The notes: generated by a model not told the origin, from the letters alone. A stretch of 64,000 bases of DNA from Parachlamydiales bacterium (GCA_015661075.1 JACVQJ010000007.1:72783-136782); one strand, 5' to 3'. Shown: positions 24,980-35,208, counted from the stretch's first letter. Numbers and translations are program-made.

Positions 24980-26128
24980 CTATTTCCTGATGAGCTTGTC
25001 GATGGGTTCGATCACGGCAAGCTCTTTATTCATCGGAGCCGCTCCGTGATCTTTTAATTTTCGCGCCGGCACTAAAACACGGCTTTCCAAAGACGCTACT
25101 GACTGATTATATCCATCAACCGCCATCGACAGCGAACGCCCGACCTTGCTCCAGTGTTCAGACAGAGTAGACAGACGCTCGTAGAGTTCCTGTCCCAGCA
25201 GGGCGATCTCTTCGGCGTTCTTGGAAATCGCTTCTTGCTTCCAGCTATGGGCCACCGAACGCAGAATAGCGATCAGCGTCGTAGGCGTCGCCACAATGAC
25301 GTTTCGCTCGGCCCCCGTTTCGATCAGCGTGGGATCGATTTGCAGGGCGGCGCTAAAAAATGACTCGGCCGGTAAAAATAACACCACAAATTCCGGACTC
25401 AGATCAAACCGCTTCCAATAATCCTTTTGCGACAAATCCCGCATGTGTTTGCGCAGATGCGTCGCATGCAGCTCCAATTGGCGCACGCGCTGCGGCTCAT
25501 CAACGGCGTCCTGCGCTTCCAGAAACGCATTGAGAGGCGTCTTGGCATCAATGATGATATGGCGATTCCCCGGCAATCGAACGATCAAATCAGGCCGCAA
25601 AAGGCGTCCATCGGTTTCATGGCTCGTCTGTTCCGTAAAATCGCACTGATTGAGAAGGCCGGCCAATTCAACGACCCGACGCAGATGAACCTGTCCCCAA
25701 GCGCCGCGCACTGAGGGTGAGCGCAGGGCCGAAGAGAGTTGGGCCGTTTCTTTTCTCAGATCGCCCTCGACCTGGATCATACCCTCGATCTGCTTGAAGA
25801 GCGACGCATAGGCCCCCTCCCGCCTCTTTTCGAGCTCGCGCTGATGCTCATCGAGCGATTTCATGGTTTCGCGCAACGGTGTAACGAGAGCCTCGATGGT
25901 TTTTTGCTTCAACTCCAGATCCGCTTTGGCCCCTTCCTGCGCCTTTTCAAACGCCGTTTTAGCGAGATCCAGAAATGAACGGCTGCTGCGCTCCATCACT
26001 TCGTAAGAAAGGGACTGAAAAGAGGTCTGCATGCGCTTTTCCAAATCCACCGCGTGATGGCGCATCCATCTCCAAAGCGCAAATATTAATCCCAAAAAAC
26101 CAATCGCAGCCAATCCAAAAATCATCAT
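24980..26128 (-). CDS. rmuC: DNA recombination protein RmuC
   Basis: N-terminal TM segment, a coiled coil, and the nuclease-like core RPDLIVRLPGNRHIIIDAKTPLNAFLEA...FVVLFLPAESFFSAAL. Confidence 0.85.
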   Translation of the reverse strand: MMIFGLAAIGFLGLIFALWRWMRHHAVDLEKRMQTSFQSLSYEVMERSSRSFLDLAKTAFEKAQEGAKADLELKQKTIEALVTPLRETMKSLDEHQRELEKRREGAYASLFKQIEGMIQVEGDLRKETAQLSSALRSPSVRGAWGQVHLRRVVELAGLLNQCDFTEQTSHETDGRLLRPDLIVRLPGNRHIIIDAKTPLNAFLEAQDAVDEPQRVRQLELHATHLRKHMRDLSQKDYWKRFDLSPEFVVLFLPAESFFSAALQIDPTLIETGAERNVIVATPTTLIAILRSVAHSWKQEAISKNAEEIALLGQELYERLSTLSEHWSKVGRSLSMAVDGYNQSVASLESRVLVPARKLKDHGAAPMNKELAVIEPIDKLIRK

Positions 26129-26145
26129 AAAATTTCCACGGATCC

Positions 26146-26997
26146 TTACATATTGTCATATTCATCCGGCTCGGGTTCGAAATCCTCGAGAGTTTTGGAC
26201 TTCTTGCCCGCAATAAAGCGGATGATCGATAAAACGAGCGCCATAAAGACATAAAACCAGGAAGCAAAGGCTAAAATAATCGGAAAGAAATAGAGAATGC
26301 CATATAGCGTGAAGACAGCGAAAATCACCGACAAAAAGGCCAGCTGGAACGAAGGGATGCGGATATGAAGCATTTTCAGACTGGGAAACTTCAGCCGGCA
26401 CACCATCAAATAGCCCAGGAAAAACATCGCGCATGTCAACGCAATTGATCGTTCGATATTGGACATCGGGAACCAGTCAATGGCCCACGGAGAGAGCAAA
26501 AACAGGTTAGCGGAGACAGCCGCCGCCGCGCTCGCTGTAATCGGAAGCCCCGTGAAATGGTGTTTTTGCGCCGCCTGAAGCTCGGCATTGCCTTTCGCTT
26601 CCGCCGCCTTGACATTGAACCGCACCAGCCTGAGCACCCCGCAAAGCGAAAAGCACATAGCGCCCGCCGCCGCGAAAAATGAAATCAGGGTTCCCTGCTC
26701 CAACGAAAGCGTTTTCAATAGCAGCACGGAGGGAGCCACGCCAAAAGAAACAGCATCGGCCAACGAATCGAATACGACGCCAAATTCGCTTTCCGCGCGA
26801 AAGACCCGGGCCAAAGCGCCATCCATGAAATCGGCAAATACAGCTACGAGCAACAAAAGCACAGAAGTATGGACCACTTCGTAATCGCCGCACCCCGGCT
26901 GCAGCATATTGATCTTGAAAATCACAAACAGTCCGCAGGCAAGATTGAACGCCGTGACGATATTCGGCAAAATATTGAACTTTTTCATAAACCTCAT
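26146..26997 (-). CDS. pssA: CDP-diacylglycerol--serine O-phosphatidyltransferase (CDP-alcohol phosphatidyltransferase family)
   Basis: DFMDGALARVFRAESEFGVVFDSLADAVSFG is the DG(x)2AR(x)8G(x)3D(x)3D motif. The membrane topology and size are typical of PssA. Confidence 0.8.
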   Translation of the reverse strand: MRFMKKFNILPNIVTAFNLACGLFVIFKINMLQPGCGDYEVVHTSVLLLLVAVFADFMDGALARVFRAESEFGVVFDSLADAVSFGVAPSVLLLKTLSLEQGTLISFFAAAGAMCFSLCGVLRLVRFNVKAAEAKGNAELQAAQKHHFTGLPITASAAAAVSANLFLLSPWAIDWFPMSNIERSIALTCAMFFLGYLMVCRLKFPSLKMLHIRIPSFQLAFLSVIFAVFTLYGILYFFPIILAFASWFYVFMALVLSIIRFIAGKKSKTLEDFEPEPDEYDNM

Positions 26998-27022
26998 CGT
27001 ACCAGAAAATGGACAAAATGGG

Positions 27023-27196
27023 TATACACAAACAACCTGAAAAATCGGTTTTCGGCATCGTCGTCAGCCACTGTTTTTGAACCCGCCTGCATCGCTCAGC
27101 TAATTCAAGCTGAGCTGCTTCGGCGCCGGCAAAGCCTGGCTCAAAACCAGGGCGACTCCTTGCCCAATTCCCGATTTTTCAGGTTGTTTGTGTATA
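27023..27196. repeat. MITE-like palindromic element (174 bp) with perfect 26-bp terminal inverted repeats
   Basis: tatacacaaacaacctgaaaaatcgg (27023-27048) is the exact reverse complement of 27171-27196. There is a central hairpin gctcagc-taattcaa-gctgagc. A half-copy lies at 54566-54610. Confidence 0.85.
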
Positions 27197-27455
27197 TATC
27201 CCCATTTCCACCCGAGAGAAGACTATTATTTAATTGCAATTAATTCGTTTTAATTTAATTATAAAACAATATATTCCATGCTGTTAACGCAAGCGCAACT
27301 GAATCAGATTGAATTGGATAAGCTAAAAATGCGCCCTGAAATCATTGCCAACATAATAAATACAGTCGTTTAAGTTAATTTGAGTTAATTTCAGAATTAA
27401 TTTGCACATAATTTCAAACTTATTTAAAGTGAAGTTAAAGGTCCCGGAGGTTTAT

Positions 27456-27746
27456 ATGGCCATTAGACGTATCTCAAGAAGAAAAGTCAAAAAAATAAGC
27501 GCCAAGAGACGCGCAACATTGAAAAGAAAAGCAAAATCAATTGCTTCCACAATGAAAGCGCCGCTGCATGCCTATCATACGTTAGAAAAGAAAATCGACA
27601 AAACCTGGCAAAAGCTGCGCGATGATGTGAAAAGCCGTTCGCGCAAAGCAATTCTCAAGGGCCGCAGAGACTTGCTGCTCTTGCTGGGCGAATGCAATTA
27701 CATGGCCAGCGAATGCGCTCGCTGCCTGAAAAGCAAAAAACGATAA
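27456..27746 (+). CDS. small highly basic protein (hypothetical)
   Basis: 96 aa, with GGAGG 7 nt upstream of ATG 27456. It has a K/R-rich N-terminus (RRISRRKVKKISAKRRATLKRKAK) and a C-terminal LLLLLGECNYMASECARC. Its size and composition recall chlamydial late small basic proteins; that is inference only. Confidence 0.6.
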   Translation: MAIRRISRRKVKKISAKRRATLKRKAKSIASTMKAPLHAYHTLEKKIDKTWQKLRDDVKSRSRKAILKGRRDLLLLLGECNYMASECARCLKSKKR

Positions 27747-27839
27747 TTTTTTTACCAACGAATCCGAGATATTTCTTCCGGATTCGTTGTCTTTTGATCG
27801 CCTCTTCCTTTATATTCCTCTTTTTCATCAAGGAATCCA

Positions 27840-30800
27840 ATGCATCCGGCGATCAATGCCCTAGGACAGGAACACCGAGGGTTTTTAGTCACCAAATACC
27901 TGCCACTAAAAGAGTTAAACAGCACCCTCATTGAAATGGTCCACGAAGAGAGCGGCGCCAGGATCATTCATATCGCCAATGACGATCCGGAAAATCTCTT
28001 CGCCCTTTCGTTTCAAACCCTGCCCGATTCTTCGAATGGCGTAGCTCATGTGCTCGAGCACACCGTTTTATGCGGATCGAAAAAATTTCCCGTCAAAGAT
28101 CCCTTTTTTGCGATGACGCGAAGAAGCCTCAACACCTACATGAACGCTCTGACGGGGCAAGACTTCACGGTCTATCCGGCGAGCTCCCAGGTCGAAAAGG
28201 ACTTTTATAACCTGCTCGAGGTATATATCGACGCCGTCTTTCATCCGCTGCTTAAACAACTGAGCTTTTTGCAAGAAGGCCACCGGCTCTCGTTTACTGT
28301 CCCGGGCGACATCTCGAGTCCGCTGCAATATCAGGGAATCGTTTACAACGAGATGAAAGGCGCGATGAATTCCAGTGAAGATCGCCTCTCGTCCCATCTC
28401 TTCAAACATCTCTGTCCCGATCTTCCCTATGCATTCAATTCAGGCGGCGATCCGGAAGAAATCCCTTCCCTGACGTATGAACAGCTTTTGGAATTCCATC
28501 AGACATTTTACCACCCTTCGCGCTGCCTATTCTTTTTTTACGGCAATCTTCCGCTGGCCAAACACATCGATTTTGTCAGCGAGCACGCCCTCAAGCACAT
28601 CCAAAAAGTATCGCCTCTATCGCCGTTGCCCATGCAAAAACGCATGAGCGATCCGCTTCATGTGGAAGAATTTTATCCCGTTTCTCCGGACGAAGAAATT
28701 TCGCGAAAAACGATTGTTTCTTTAGGATTTTTAACAGCTCCGATTTCGCATCAAAGCGAATTGCTGGCCCTGAGCCTCATCGACAGCCTCCTCACTGACA
28801 CTGATGTATCCCCGCTGAAACTGGCTCTGCTGAAATCCAAACTCTGCACCACCGTCGAGTCGCTGTTTGATACCGAAATGAGCGAAGCGCCCTGGATCCT
28901 CATTTGCAAAGGCTGCCACGAGCATAGCACGGACAAAATCGTAAAAACCGTCCGCACCTGTCTGACGGAACTCGAACGCACCGGCTTCGATCCCAAAGCC
29001 ATCGAGGCGTCCTTGCATCAGCTTGAATTCGAACGGACCGAGATCGGGGGCGACAGCATTCCATTCGGCCTGACGCTATTTTTCCGCGCTGTGTTGGCCA
29101 AACAACATGGGGCCGCTCCCGAGCAGTCTTTGCTCATCCATTCCCTCTTCGAGGATTTGCGATCCCGCATCAAAGATCCCACCTATCTCACGGGCTTGCT
29201 GCGCCGATATATTCTCGACAATCCCCACGCCGTCTATCTCACTCTCAAACCGGATCCGCTATTCATCGAAAAAGAAAAAGACGAGGAAAAGAAAAGCCTC
29301 GCCGCCCTTCAGTCGCGCCTGACTCCAGAACAGCTGCAGAAAATTGATGCGCAGGAAAAAAAACTGGCTGCATTTCAGGAAGAAGTGGAGCACCAATCCA
29401 TCGATTGTTTGCCCAAAATCAACCTGTCCGATATTCCGATTCATGCCAAAGACTACCCGCTAACATCAACGCCATTCAACTCTCTGACTCTGTTCCACCA
29501 TTCCTGTCTCACCAACCATATTCTGTATGCCGATCTCCATCTTGATCTGCCGCAGGTGCTTTTCCAGGATTTTCCCCTGCTCTCCATGTTCACCCGATTC
29601 TGGATCGAACTGGGCTGCGGCGGGCGTTCCTATGAACAGTTTCTGGAGATGCAACAAGCGTCATTGGGCGATCTGAGCGCCTCCTTTTCATTGCATGTTC
29701 AGCACGATGATCCGGCCATCTGCCGGCCCACTCTTTCACTGCGGGCCAAAGCGCTCGAGCGCAACGCCGCGCCTCTATTTGACATCCTTCGCGACTGCGC
29801 CAGTTCGCCCAATTTTCAAGATCCATCGCGCATCAAAGAGCTTCTGGACGAACATGCGACCGAGCTGCAAAACCGGCTGGCCAAAGATGCGATGGGCTAC
29901 GCAATCCAATTAGCCTCTGGTTCTCTATCAATTCCTTCCGCCATACAGGAGCAGCTGCAGGGACTTCCCTATTTTTCATTTGCCCTGGACGCTGCCAAAT
30001 CAGGCGTCCCTTCTCTGATCGACCGGTTTGTGAAACTGCAGCACTCGATATTAGGCACGCCCCATCCCGCTCTGGTTCTTTCCTGCGGCACTGAAGAGCG
30101 AAAGCATCTGTCGCCCCATCTATCGACTCTCGCCGAATCATTGCCCTCCCACCCCCTTCCATTATGGAAAACGATCGCTCCGGTAGAGGCCGCTCGATCG
30201 CAAGGGCGAATCATTGGATCGCCTGTCGCCTTCTCAGCCCTGGCGTTTGCAACCACAACCTATCGCGATAGCGACTCGCCCGCCCTCATGGTCGCCACCA
30301 ATTTATTGGAAAACGTCGTCCTCCATAAAGAAATTCGGGAAAAAGGAGGCGCTTACGGCAGCGGAGCCGCCTATTCGCCGGCCACCGGCCATTTCCATTT
30401 CTACTCCTACCGCGATCCCCATATCCATCGCACGTATGCGGCCTTTTTACAGGCTATCGATCGGATCGCATCGGGGCAGTTTTCCGAAAGGGAACTCTTC
30501 GAAGCCAAGCTGGGAATCATCCAGAGTCTCGATTCTCCTCTGCCGCCGCGCCAACGCGCCGCCGCCGCGTTCGGCTGGCAGCGCGCAGGAAGAACCTACT
30601 CGCATCGCGACGATTATCGGCGATCGATCCTAAACGTGTCGGCATCAGATATTTGCGCCGCAATGACAAAGCATTTGGCCGCCCAGAAAAGCAAAGGGGT
30701 CTTTGTCAGCCTCGCGGGAGAAGAGCTCTTGCGAAAAGAAGCGGGCCGGCTGCCCTTTTCGTTTGAAATCCTCCCGATCCGGACCAGTTTAAATAATTGA
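27840..30800 (+). CDS. M16-family zinc metalloprotease (PreP/insulinase-like, M16C)
   Basis: The inverted zinc motif HVLEHTVLCGS (HxxEH), a length of 986 aa and a four-domain organisation are typical of presequence-protease-like M16C enzymes. Confidence 0.85.
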   Translation: MHPAINALGQEHRGFLVTKYLPLKELNSTLIEMVHEESGARIIHIANDDPENLFALSFQTLPDSSNGVAHVLEHTVLCGSKKFPVKDPFFAMTRRSLNTYMNALTGQDFTVYPASSQVEKDFYNLLEVYIDAVFHPLLKQLSFLQEGHRLSFTVPGDISSPLQYQGIVYNEMKGAMNSSEDRLSSHLFKHLCPDLPYAFNSGGDPEEIPSLTYEQLLEFHQTFYHPSRCLFFFYGNLPLAKHIDFVSEHALKHIQKVSPLSPLPMQKRMSDPLHVEEFYPVSPDEEISRKTIVSLGFLTAPISHQSELLALSLIDSLLTDTDVSPLKLALLKSKLCTTVESLFDTEMSEAPWILICKGCHEHSTDKIVKTVRTCLTELERTGFDPKAIEASLHQLEFERTEIGGDSIPFGLTLFFRAVLAKQHGAAPEQSLLIHSLFEDLRSRIKDPTYLTGLLRRYILDNPHAVYLTLKPDPLFIEKEKDEEKKSLAALQSRLTPEQLQKIDAQEKKLAAFQEEVEHQSIDCLPKINLSDIPIHAKDYPLTSTPFNSLTLFHHSCLTNHILYADLHLDLPQVLFQDFPLLSMFTRFWIELGCGGRSYEQFLEMQQASLGDLSASFSLHVQHDDPAICRPTLSLRAKALERNAAPLFDILRDCASSPNFQDPSRIKELLDEHATELQNRLAKDAMGYAIQLASGSLSIPSAIQEQLQGLPYFSFALDAAKSGVPSLIDRFVKLQHSILGTPHPALVLSCGTEERKHLSPHLSTLAESLPSHPLPLWKTIAPVEAARSQGRIIGSPVAFSALAFATTTYRDSDSPALMVATNLLENVVLHKEIREKGGAYGSGAAYSPATGHFHFYSYRDPHIHRTYAAFLQAIDRIASGQFSERELFEAKLGIIQSLDSPLPPRQRAAAAFGWQRAGRTYSHRDDYRRSILNVSASDICAAMTKHLAAQKSKGVFVSLAGEELLRKEAGRLPFSFEILPIRTSLNN

Positions 30801-30890
30801 TTAATGGACTTGTTGCGCAAAGCAACACCGCTAGGATTGCCATTTTGCGCTTCAACCAGTATAATCGGATTGATCTCGGAGGAAACTATT

Positions 30891-32342
30891 ATGAACTCGA
30901 TAAAGATTTTAACTGTTCTTTCATCTGCGTTGATGTTGGCCTCGCCACTGGCAGGCTTAGCTCTGCCCAACCTTCCCGCTGCAAAGGGAACCAAAACCGA
31001 ACAATCGATGCCTGGTTTTACCCAGATCGCAAAGAAAGCGATGCCCGCAACGGTGTTCATTAAAGCAACGGTTAATCCGCAGCCATTTTCCGGCTCCGAA
31101 ATGCAAACTCCCTTTGATGCCTTCGGCGACGACTTTTTTCGCCGCTTTTTCGGGATGCCCAACGGCCCCGGATTTCAGCAAATGCCCCAACAGCCGCAAG
31201 TGGCGGGCGGTTCAGGCTTTTTTGTGAGTGCCGACGGCTTTATCGTCACAAACTACCACGTTGTGAAAGACGCCAACCAGATTACGATCGTGCTCAATGA
31301 TGGCCGTGAATTTCCGGCTACTGTCAGCGGCACTGACCCAAAAACCGATCTCGCTGTATTAAAAATCAATGAAACCAGTCTGCCCTATCTGACATTTGGC
31401 GATTCCGATGAACTGGAGATCGGCGAGTGGGTCGTCGCGATCGGCTCTCCATTTGCACTAGAATCGAGCCTCACGGTCGGCGTCGTCAGCGCGAAGGGGC
31501 GACAGGATCTGGGGATCTCCTCATTGGAAGACTTCATCCAGACCGATGCTGTGATCAATCCGGGCAATTCCGGTGGGCCGCTCCTCAACCTGGATGGCCA
31601 GGTGATTGGCGTCAACACGGCCATTATGTCCCGCACCGGCGGATATATGGGCATCGGCTTTTCGATCCCCAGCCATATGGTCCAGCATGTGATCGACCAG
31701 ATCATGAACAGCGGCGGCGTCAAACGCGCCTATCTCGGCGTTATTTTGCAGCAGATCGATAAAGAGCTCGCCGATGCACTCGGAATGGAGAAAACCGACG
31801 GCGTCCTCGTTTCGGATATCATGAAAGACTCGCCCGCCGCCAAAGGCGGCCTGCTGCAGGGCGATGTGATTTTGCAATACAATGACAAACAGATTAAAAA
31901 CGTTGCAAAATTCCGCAATGAAATCGCGCTGATGAATCCGGGCCAGCCGATCAAACTGAAAGTGCTCCGAAACAATCAGACTCTGGATCTGAAACTGGCT
32001 TTGGGAGCGCAGAGCGAAGCGGAAGTAGCCGCCAGCGAATTGTCTCAAAAAATCGGGATCGAAGTCGATAACGTCACGCAAGAGCTGGCGTCGCGGCTGA
32101 ATATGCCGACCGAAACCGGCGTTGTGATTACGAAAATTTTGCCCGGCTCTCCGGCTCAGATGGCAGGGTTGAAACCCGGCTTTTTAATCACAGGCGTTGC
32201 GATGCACGGCAAAGAGCCGAAAGCCGTCCGCAATACCTCTGAATTTGAAAGCGCCTTGAAAGACGTGCAAAACCGCAAGCACGTGATTCTGATCGTGAAG
32301 CATCAGAACTTCCAGCGCTACTACACGATTAAAATCGGCTGA
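30891..32342 (+). CDS. htrA: periplasmic serine protease DegP/HtrA with two PDZ domains
   Basis: The catalytic triad contexts are TNYHVV, DLAVLKI and NPGNSGGPLLN. The start is set at MNSIKILTVLSSALMLA, with GGAGGA 7 nt upstream. Confidence 0.9.
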   Translation: MNSIKILTVLSSALMLASPLAGLALPNLPAAKGTKTEQSMPGFTQIAKKAMPATVFIKATVNPQPFSGSEMQTPFDAFGDDFFRRFFGMPNGPGFQQMPQQPQVAGGSGFFVSADGFIVTNYHVVKDANQITIVLNDGREFPATVSGTDPKTDLAVLKINETSLPYLTFGDSDELEIGEWVVAIGSPFALESSLTVGVVSAKGRQDLGISSLEDFIQTDAVINPGNSGGPLLNLDGQVIGVNTAIMSRTGGYMGIGFSIPSHMVQHVIDQIMNSGGVKRAYLGVILQQIDKELADALGMEKTDGVLVSDIMKDSPAAKGGLLQGDVILQYNDKQIKNVAKFRNEIALMNPGQPIKLKVLRNNQTLDLKLALGAQSEAEVAASELSQKIGIEVDNVTQELASRLNMPTETGVVITKILPGSPAQMAGLKPGFLITGVAMHGKEPKAVRNTSEFESALKDVQNRKHVILIVKHQNFQRYYTIKIG

Positions 32343-32361
32343 GAAATCTATTCAGCCCGCA

Positions 32362-32407
32362 AAACGCCATTTTGGCATGTCCTAACAGGCATGCCAAAAT
32401 GGCGTTT
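32362..32407. terminator. bidirectional terminator (18-bp perfect stem)
   Basis: aaacgccattttggcatg / catgccaaaatggcgttt, flanked by A- and T-rich runs, between the convergent htrA and MFS genes. Confidence 0.75.
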
Positions 32408-32409
32408 CT

Positions 32410-33609
32410 TCATTTAAACCTTTCATGATGCGCTTTCAGCCGGATCCAGATGAAGAGGATCACCACCATTGCCACTCCAATGATGGCCGGCAAAACCAGC
32501 GGACTGCTCGATGGAATCAGACTCAATATCAGTATAGAGACAAACGATGTGCCGAAGTTGATGAATTGGCTCGCTGCCGAAGCGTTGGATTTATCGGTCG
32601 CTTCATTCAAAGCAATCGAAAGCGACGTCGGGCTGACGGTATAAATCCCGATCATCACGAACATGAGCAGAAAAAAGAACGAAGCGATCGTGACGGTATT
32701 ATGGGCAAAACAAACCATCATCACAAGCAAGGAGCTCAAGACTAATATGAGGCCGGATATCATGGTGATGCGCGGCGATTGGCGTCCCGCCAAACGGGCC
32801 GCAATCAAACAGCCCGCGCCCATTCCCAGCACCGGAATCCACGAGAGCCACCCATATTCCTGCGGAGTCAGTCCCATGGTCTCGATGCCAATATATGGCC
32901 CTTGCGTGGTAAAGAAAAAATAGCAGCTCGTACAAAGACCCGTAATGAGCGCATGCTGCACGAGAAACGAATCTTTGAATTGCCGCCCCAATCCATTCGC
33001 AATGCGTCGAATCGCCAAAGCATTTGCATCCAGCTCGCGGGCCGTTTCCGGAAGAAAGGAGATCATGCCCATCAAAAGAACCGAGTAGATCGACATAAAG
33101 ACAAAGCAGCTCGACCATCCATAATAACCAGCCAGCATCCCTCCCGCAGTCAGACCCGCAGCAGGAATGGTCACCGCAGCCAGGATCAGATAGGAAACCA
33201 TACGCGTCGCTTTTTCGCCAGCATGGGTATCCGCCACCATCGTCATCGAAATCTTAAATCCGCTCGACGCGCCCAGCCCCTGAACGATCCGCATCAGGCA
33301 AAACAACCAAAACAGATGAGCCATCCCGGCCCAAAGAGCCAGAAGCGTCCCGATCAGCGCCAGCGCAAACCCGCTGAGCATCGCGATTTTTCGTCCCCAT
33401 CGATTCGCCAGAGGTCCATAAATCAACATTCCGCAGGCATAGCCCAGCAAATACATCGTCATAGTCGTTTTGGCGCTCGCGGGCGTTATTTCGAAAAAAC
33501 GGGCGAGATCCGGAAGCGCCGGCGTAAAAAGAACGGCCAGCATCGCGGGGAAAGAAACAGTCAGAGCGAGAATCCAGAGGCGAGGCGCTCGCAAAATTTC
33601 ACTGTGCAT
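32410..33609 (-). CDS. MFS transporter (Bcr/CflA-like drug-resistance subfamily)
   Basis: 12-TM profile. The N-terminus LALTVSFPAMLAVLFTPALPDLARFF...LLGYACGMLIYGPLANRWGRK is typical of the Bcr/CflA subfamily. Confidence 0.75.
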   Translation of the reverse strand: MHSEILRAPRLWILALTVSFPAMLAVLFTPALPDLARFFEITPASAKTTMTMYLLGYACGMLIYGPLANRWGRKIAMLSGFALALIGTLLALWAGMAHLFWLFCLMRIVQGLGASSGFKISMTMVADTHAGEKATRMVSYLILAAVTIPAAGLTAGGMLAGYYGWSSCFVFMSIYSVLLMGMISFLPETARELDANALAIRRIANGLGRQFKDSFLVQHALITGLCTSCYFFFTTQGPYIGIETMGLTPQEYGWLSWIPVLGMGAGCLIAARLAGRQSPRITMISGLILVLSSLLVMMVCFAHNTVTIASFFFLLMFVMIGIYTVSPTSLSIALNEATDKSNASAASQFINFGTSFVSILILSLIPSSSPLVLPAIIGVAMVVILFIWIRLKAHHERFK

Positions 33610-33622
33610 AACCCATATCCTT

Positions 33623-34063
33623 TTAATTAAACGGAACCGAATCGCTCAGCTGAGTGATGAGCTGCAGAATCCTGTCAAGTAATACCTGTGCGCGAAAAAT
33701 GTCAGGGCCGCCTCGAATGATGCGGCTCAAAGTCGCTCGCTCTTCATGAAACAGACAGGGCACCTCTTTTCTAAGAGACTGCGTGATCCTGTGCGGTTCA
33801 GTATGCCATTTTTTTTCAAAGCTTTCCACTTTAGCTTCAATGGCATTCAATTCCGCCTCGCAAAGCAAAGAGCGCAGCCGCTCAATCGCCCGTTCATCTT
33901 CGGTCAGCGCATGCTGCGCCTTACTGAGCTTTTTTTGCAAAAGAAGCGCTTTTTGCTTAAGCCTAATATCAGTTGGCTCATGAAAAACCGCAAGAGCGCT
34001 GGGCTCTTGCCTGGCAGAACAGGCGCATAAAAAAAGTAAAAAACCAAGAACGATATTTTTCAT
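33623..34063 (-). CDS. putative lipoprotein (hypothetical)
   Basis: MKNIVLGFLLFLCACSAR is lipobox-like, and the remainder is helical. Its ATG overlaps the stop of the upstream M50 gene (ATGA). Confidence 0.5.
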   Translation of the reverse strand: MKNIVLGFLLFLCACSARQEPSALAVFHEPTDIRLKQKALLLQKKLSKAQHALTEDERAIERLRSLLCEAELNAIEAKVESFEKKWHTEPHRITQSLRKEVPCLFHEERATLSRIIRGGPDIFRAQVLLDRILQLITQLSDSVPFN

Positions 34064-35208
34064 CCTAATCGGTCCACAAATGATCGAAACTCCGCATCGT
34101 CGCGCACTGAATCAAACGTTTTTTCGCTGACCAGGGCATTCACATCAAACGGCCCCAGCTGCCATGCCGTCTGCAGCCAGCCGCCCGCCGGCTTGGGCTG
34201 ATTCAAACAGGCAAAGGCTCTGGCGTTGAGAATCGCCACCGCCTGCGTGGGTCTCAACTGATAGCAATCCGCCGAGAGATCGGCCACCATCCGGTAATTG
34301 CCGTGCTCGAACGAAAGCTGATGGAGCAACAAGCGCGCCGGCTCTTCCAATTGATCCAGGCTTGGGAGCAACAAATCATACGCCTCCCGGCGCTTTCCCA
34401 GCTCCGCATAGAGAATAGCCAGATATTGCGACGCGGCAGCGGCCAACAGTCCACCCGGCGCTCTTGTGCGCACTTCCTCAAACAGACGCTCTGCTTTCTG
34501 CTTGTCCCCCTCTTGCCAGGATGCTTCTGCCAGAATCATGAGCTTCTTCAAATCATCTTCGCGATCCATCGGATTGACGCGGCGGCTCTTTCTCCACATA
34601 TCAAAGCTCTGGAATGCAAATAGAAAGAAAAACGCGCCGATCAAAAATGACTGCGCGATAAAAAAATAAAAGCTCAGCAAGACAGCAAATCCCATACCAA
34701 TGATGAGAGATGCCCGGAATCCCTTGACGCCGAAAAAGCCTTCCAAAGCGATCCTCAGCAGCTGGCCGCCATCGAGCGGCAGCACAGGCAGCAAATTAAG
34801 TATGCTCCAGAACAGATTGACGATCCGGATCATGGCGACGATGCCGTATAAAACGGGCGGAAGAGGGATCTTCAAAATGAGGGAAGCGATGAAAAACAGC
34901 GCGATCCCGGCGAGCGGCCCATCGAGGACGATGATAAATTGCTGCCAAAACTTCAGCTTCGGGCCCTGGTAGGTCGTGAGGCCTCCCAGCGACACCAGCT
35001 GGATTTGCGCCTTTTGGCGAAAAGCGACGGCCGTGAGGGCATGGCCGAATTCATGAAACAATACAGAAATCAAAATGATGCCGATCCAAATCAGAGTGCC
35101 AACAAGAGTCTGGCTATTGATATAGCCAATCATTGCGGCAAATAGCCAAAAAAAAGGCTGGATGGCGATCGGGATCGGGCCGGGGATGACAATCATGGAG
35201 CTGCTCAC
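34060..35208 (-). CDS. M50 (site-2 protease family) membrane metalloprotease with C-terminal TPR-like region
   Basis: Contains HEFGHALTA (HExxH) in a TM helix and the LPLDGGQLL motif. Confidence 0.8.
   Translation of the reverse strand: MSSSMIVIPGPIPIAIQPFFWLFAAMIGYINSQTLVGTLIWIGIILISVLFHEFGHALTAVAFRQKAQIQLVSLGGLTTYQGPKLKFWQQFIIVLDGPLAGIALFFIASLILKIPLPPVLYGIVAMIRIVNLFWSILNLLPVLPLDGGQLLRIALEGFFGVKGFRASLIIGMGFAVLLSFYFFIAQSFLIGAFFFLFAFQSFDMWRKSRRVNPMDREDDLKKLMILAEASWQEGDKQKAERLFEEVRTRAPGGLLAAAASQYLAILYAELGKRREAYDLLLPSLDQLEEPARLLLHQLSFEHGNYRMVADLSADCYQLRPTQAVAILNARAFACLNQPKPAGGWLQTAWQLGPFDVNALVSEKTFDSVRDDAEFRSFVDRLG

Noticed and set aside
27278-27376. 32-codon ORF (MLLTQAQLNQIELDKLKMRPEIIANIINTVV) in the AT-rich leader
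   Set aside because: It has no Shine-Dalgarno sequence, is very short, and lies in AT-rich sequence where such ORFs arise by chance. I kept it only as a note.
32779-33630. 283-aa ORF antisense to the MFS transporter
   Set aside because: Extremely basic, low-complexity translation (runs of R/H/Q/K). It lies entirely within the MFS gene on the opposite strand and is a shadow ORF.
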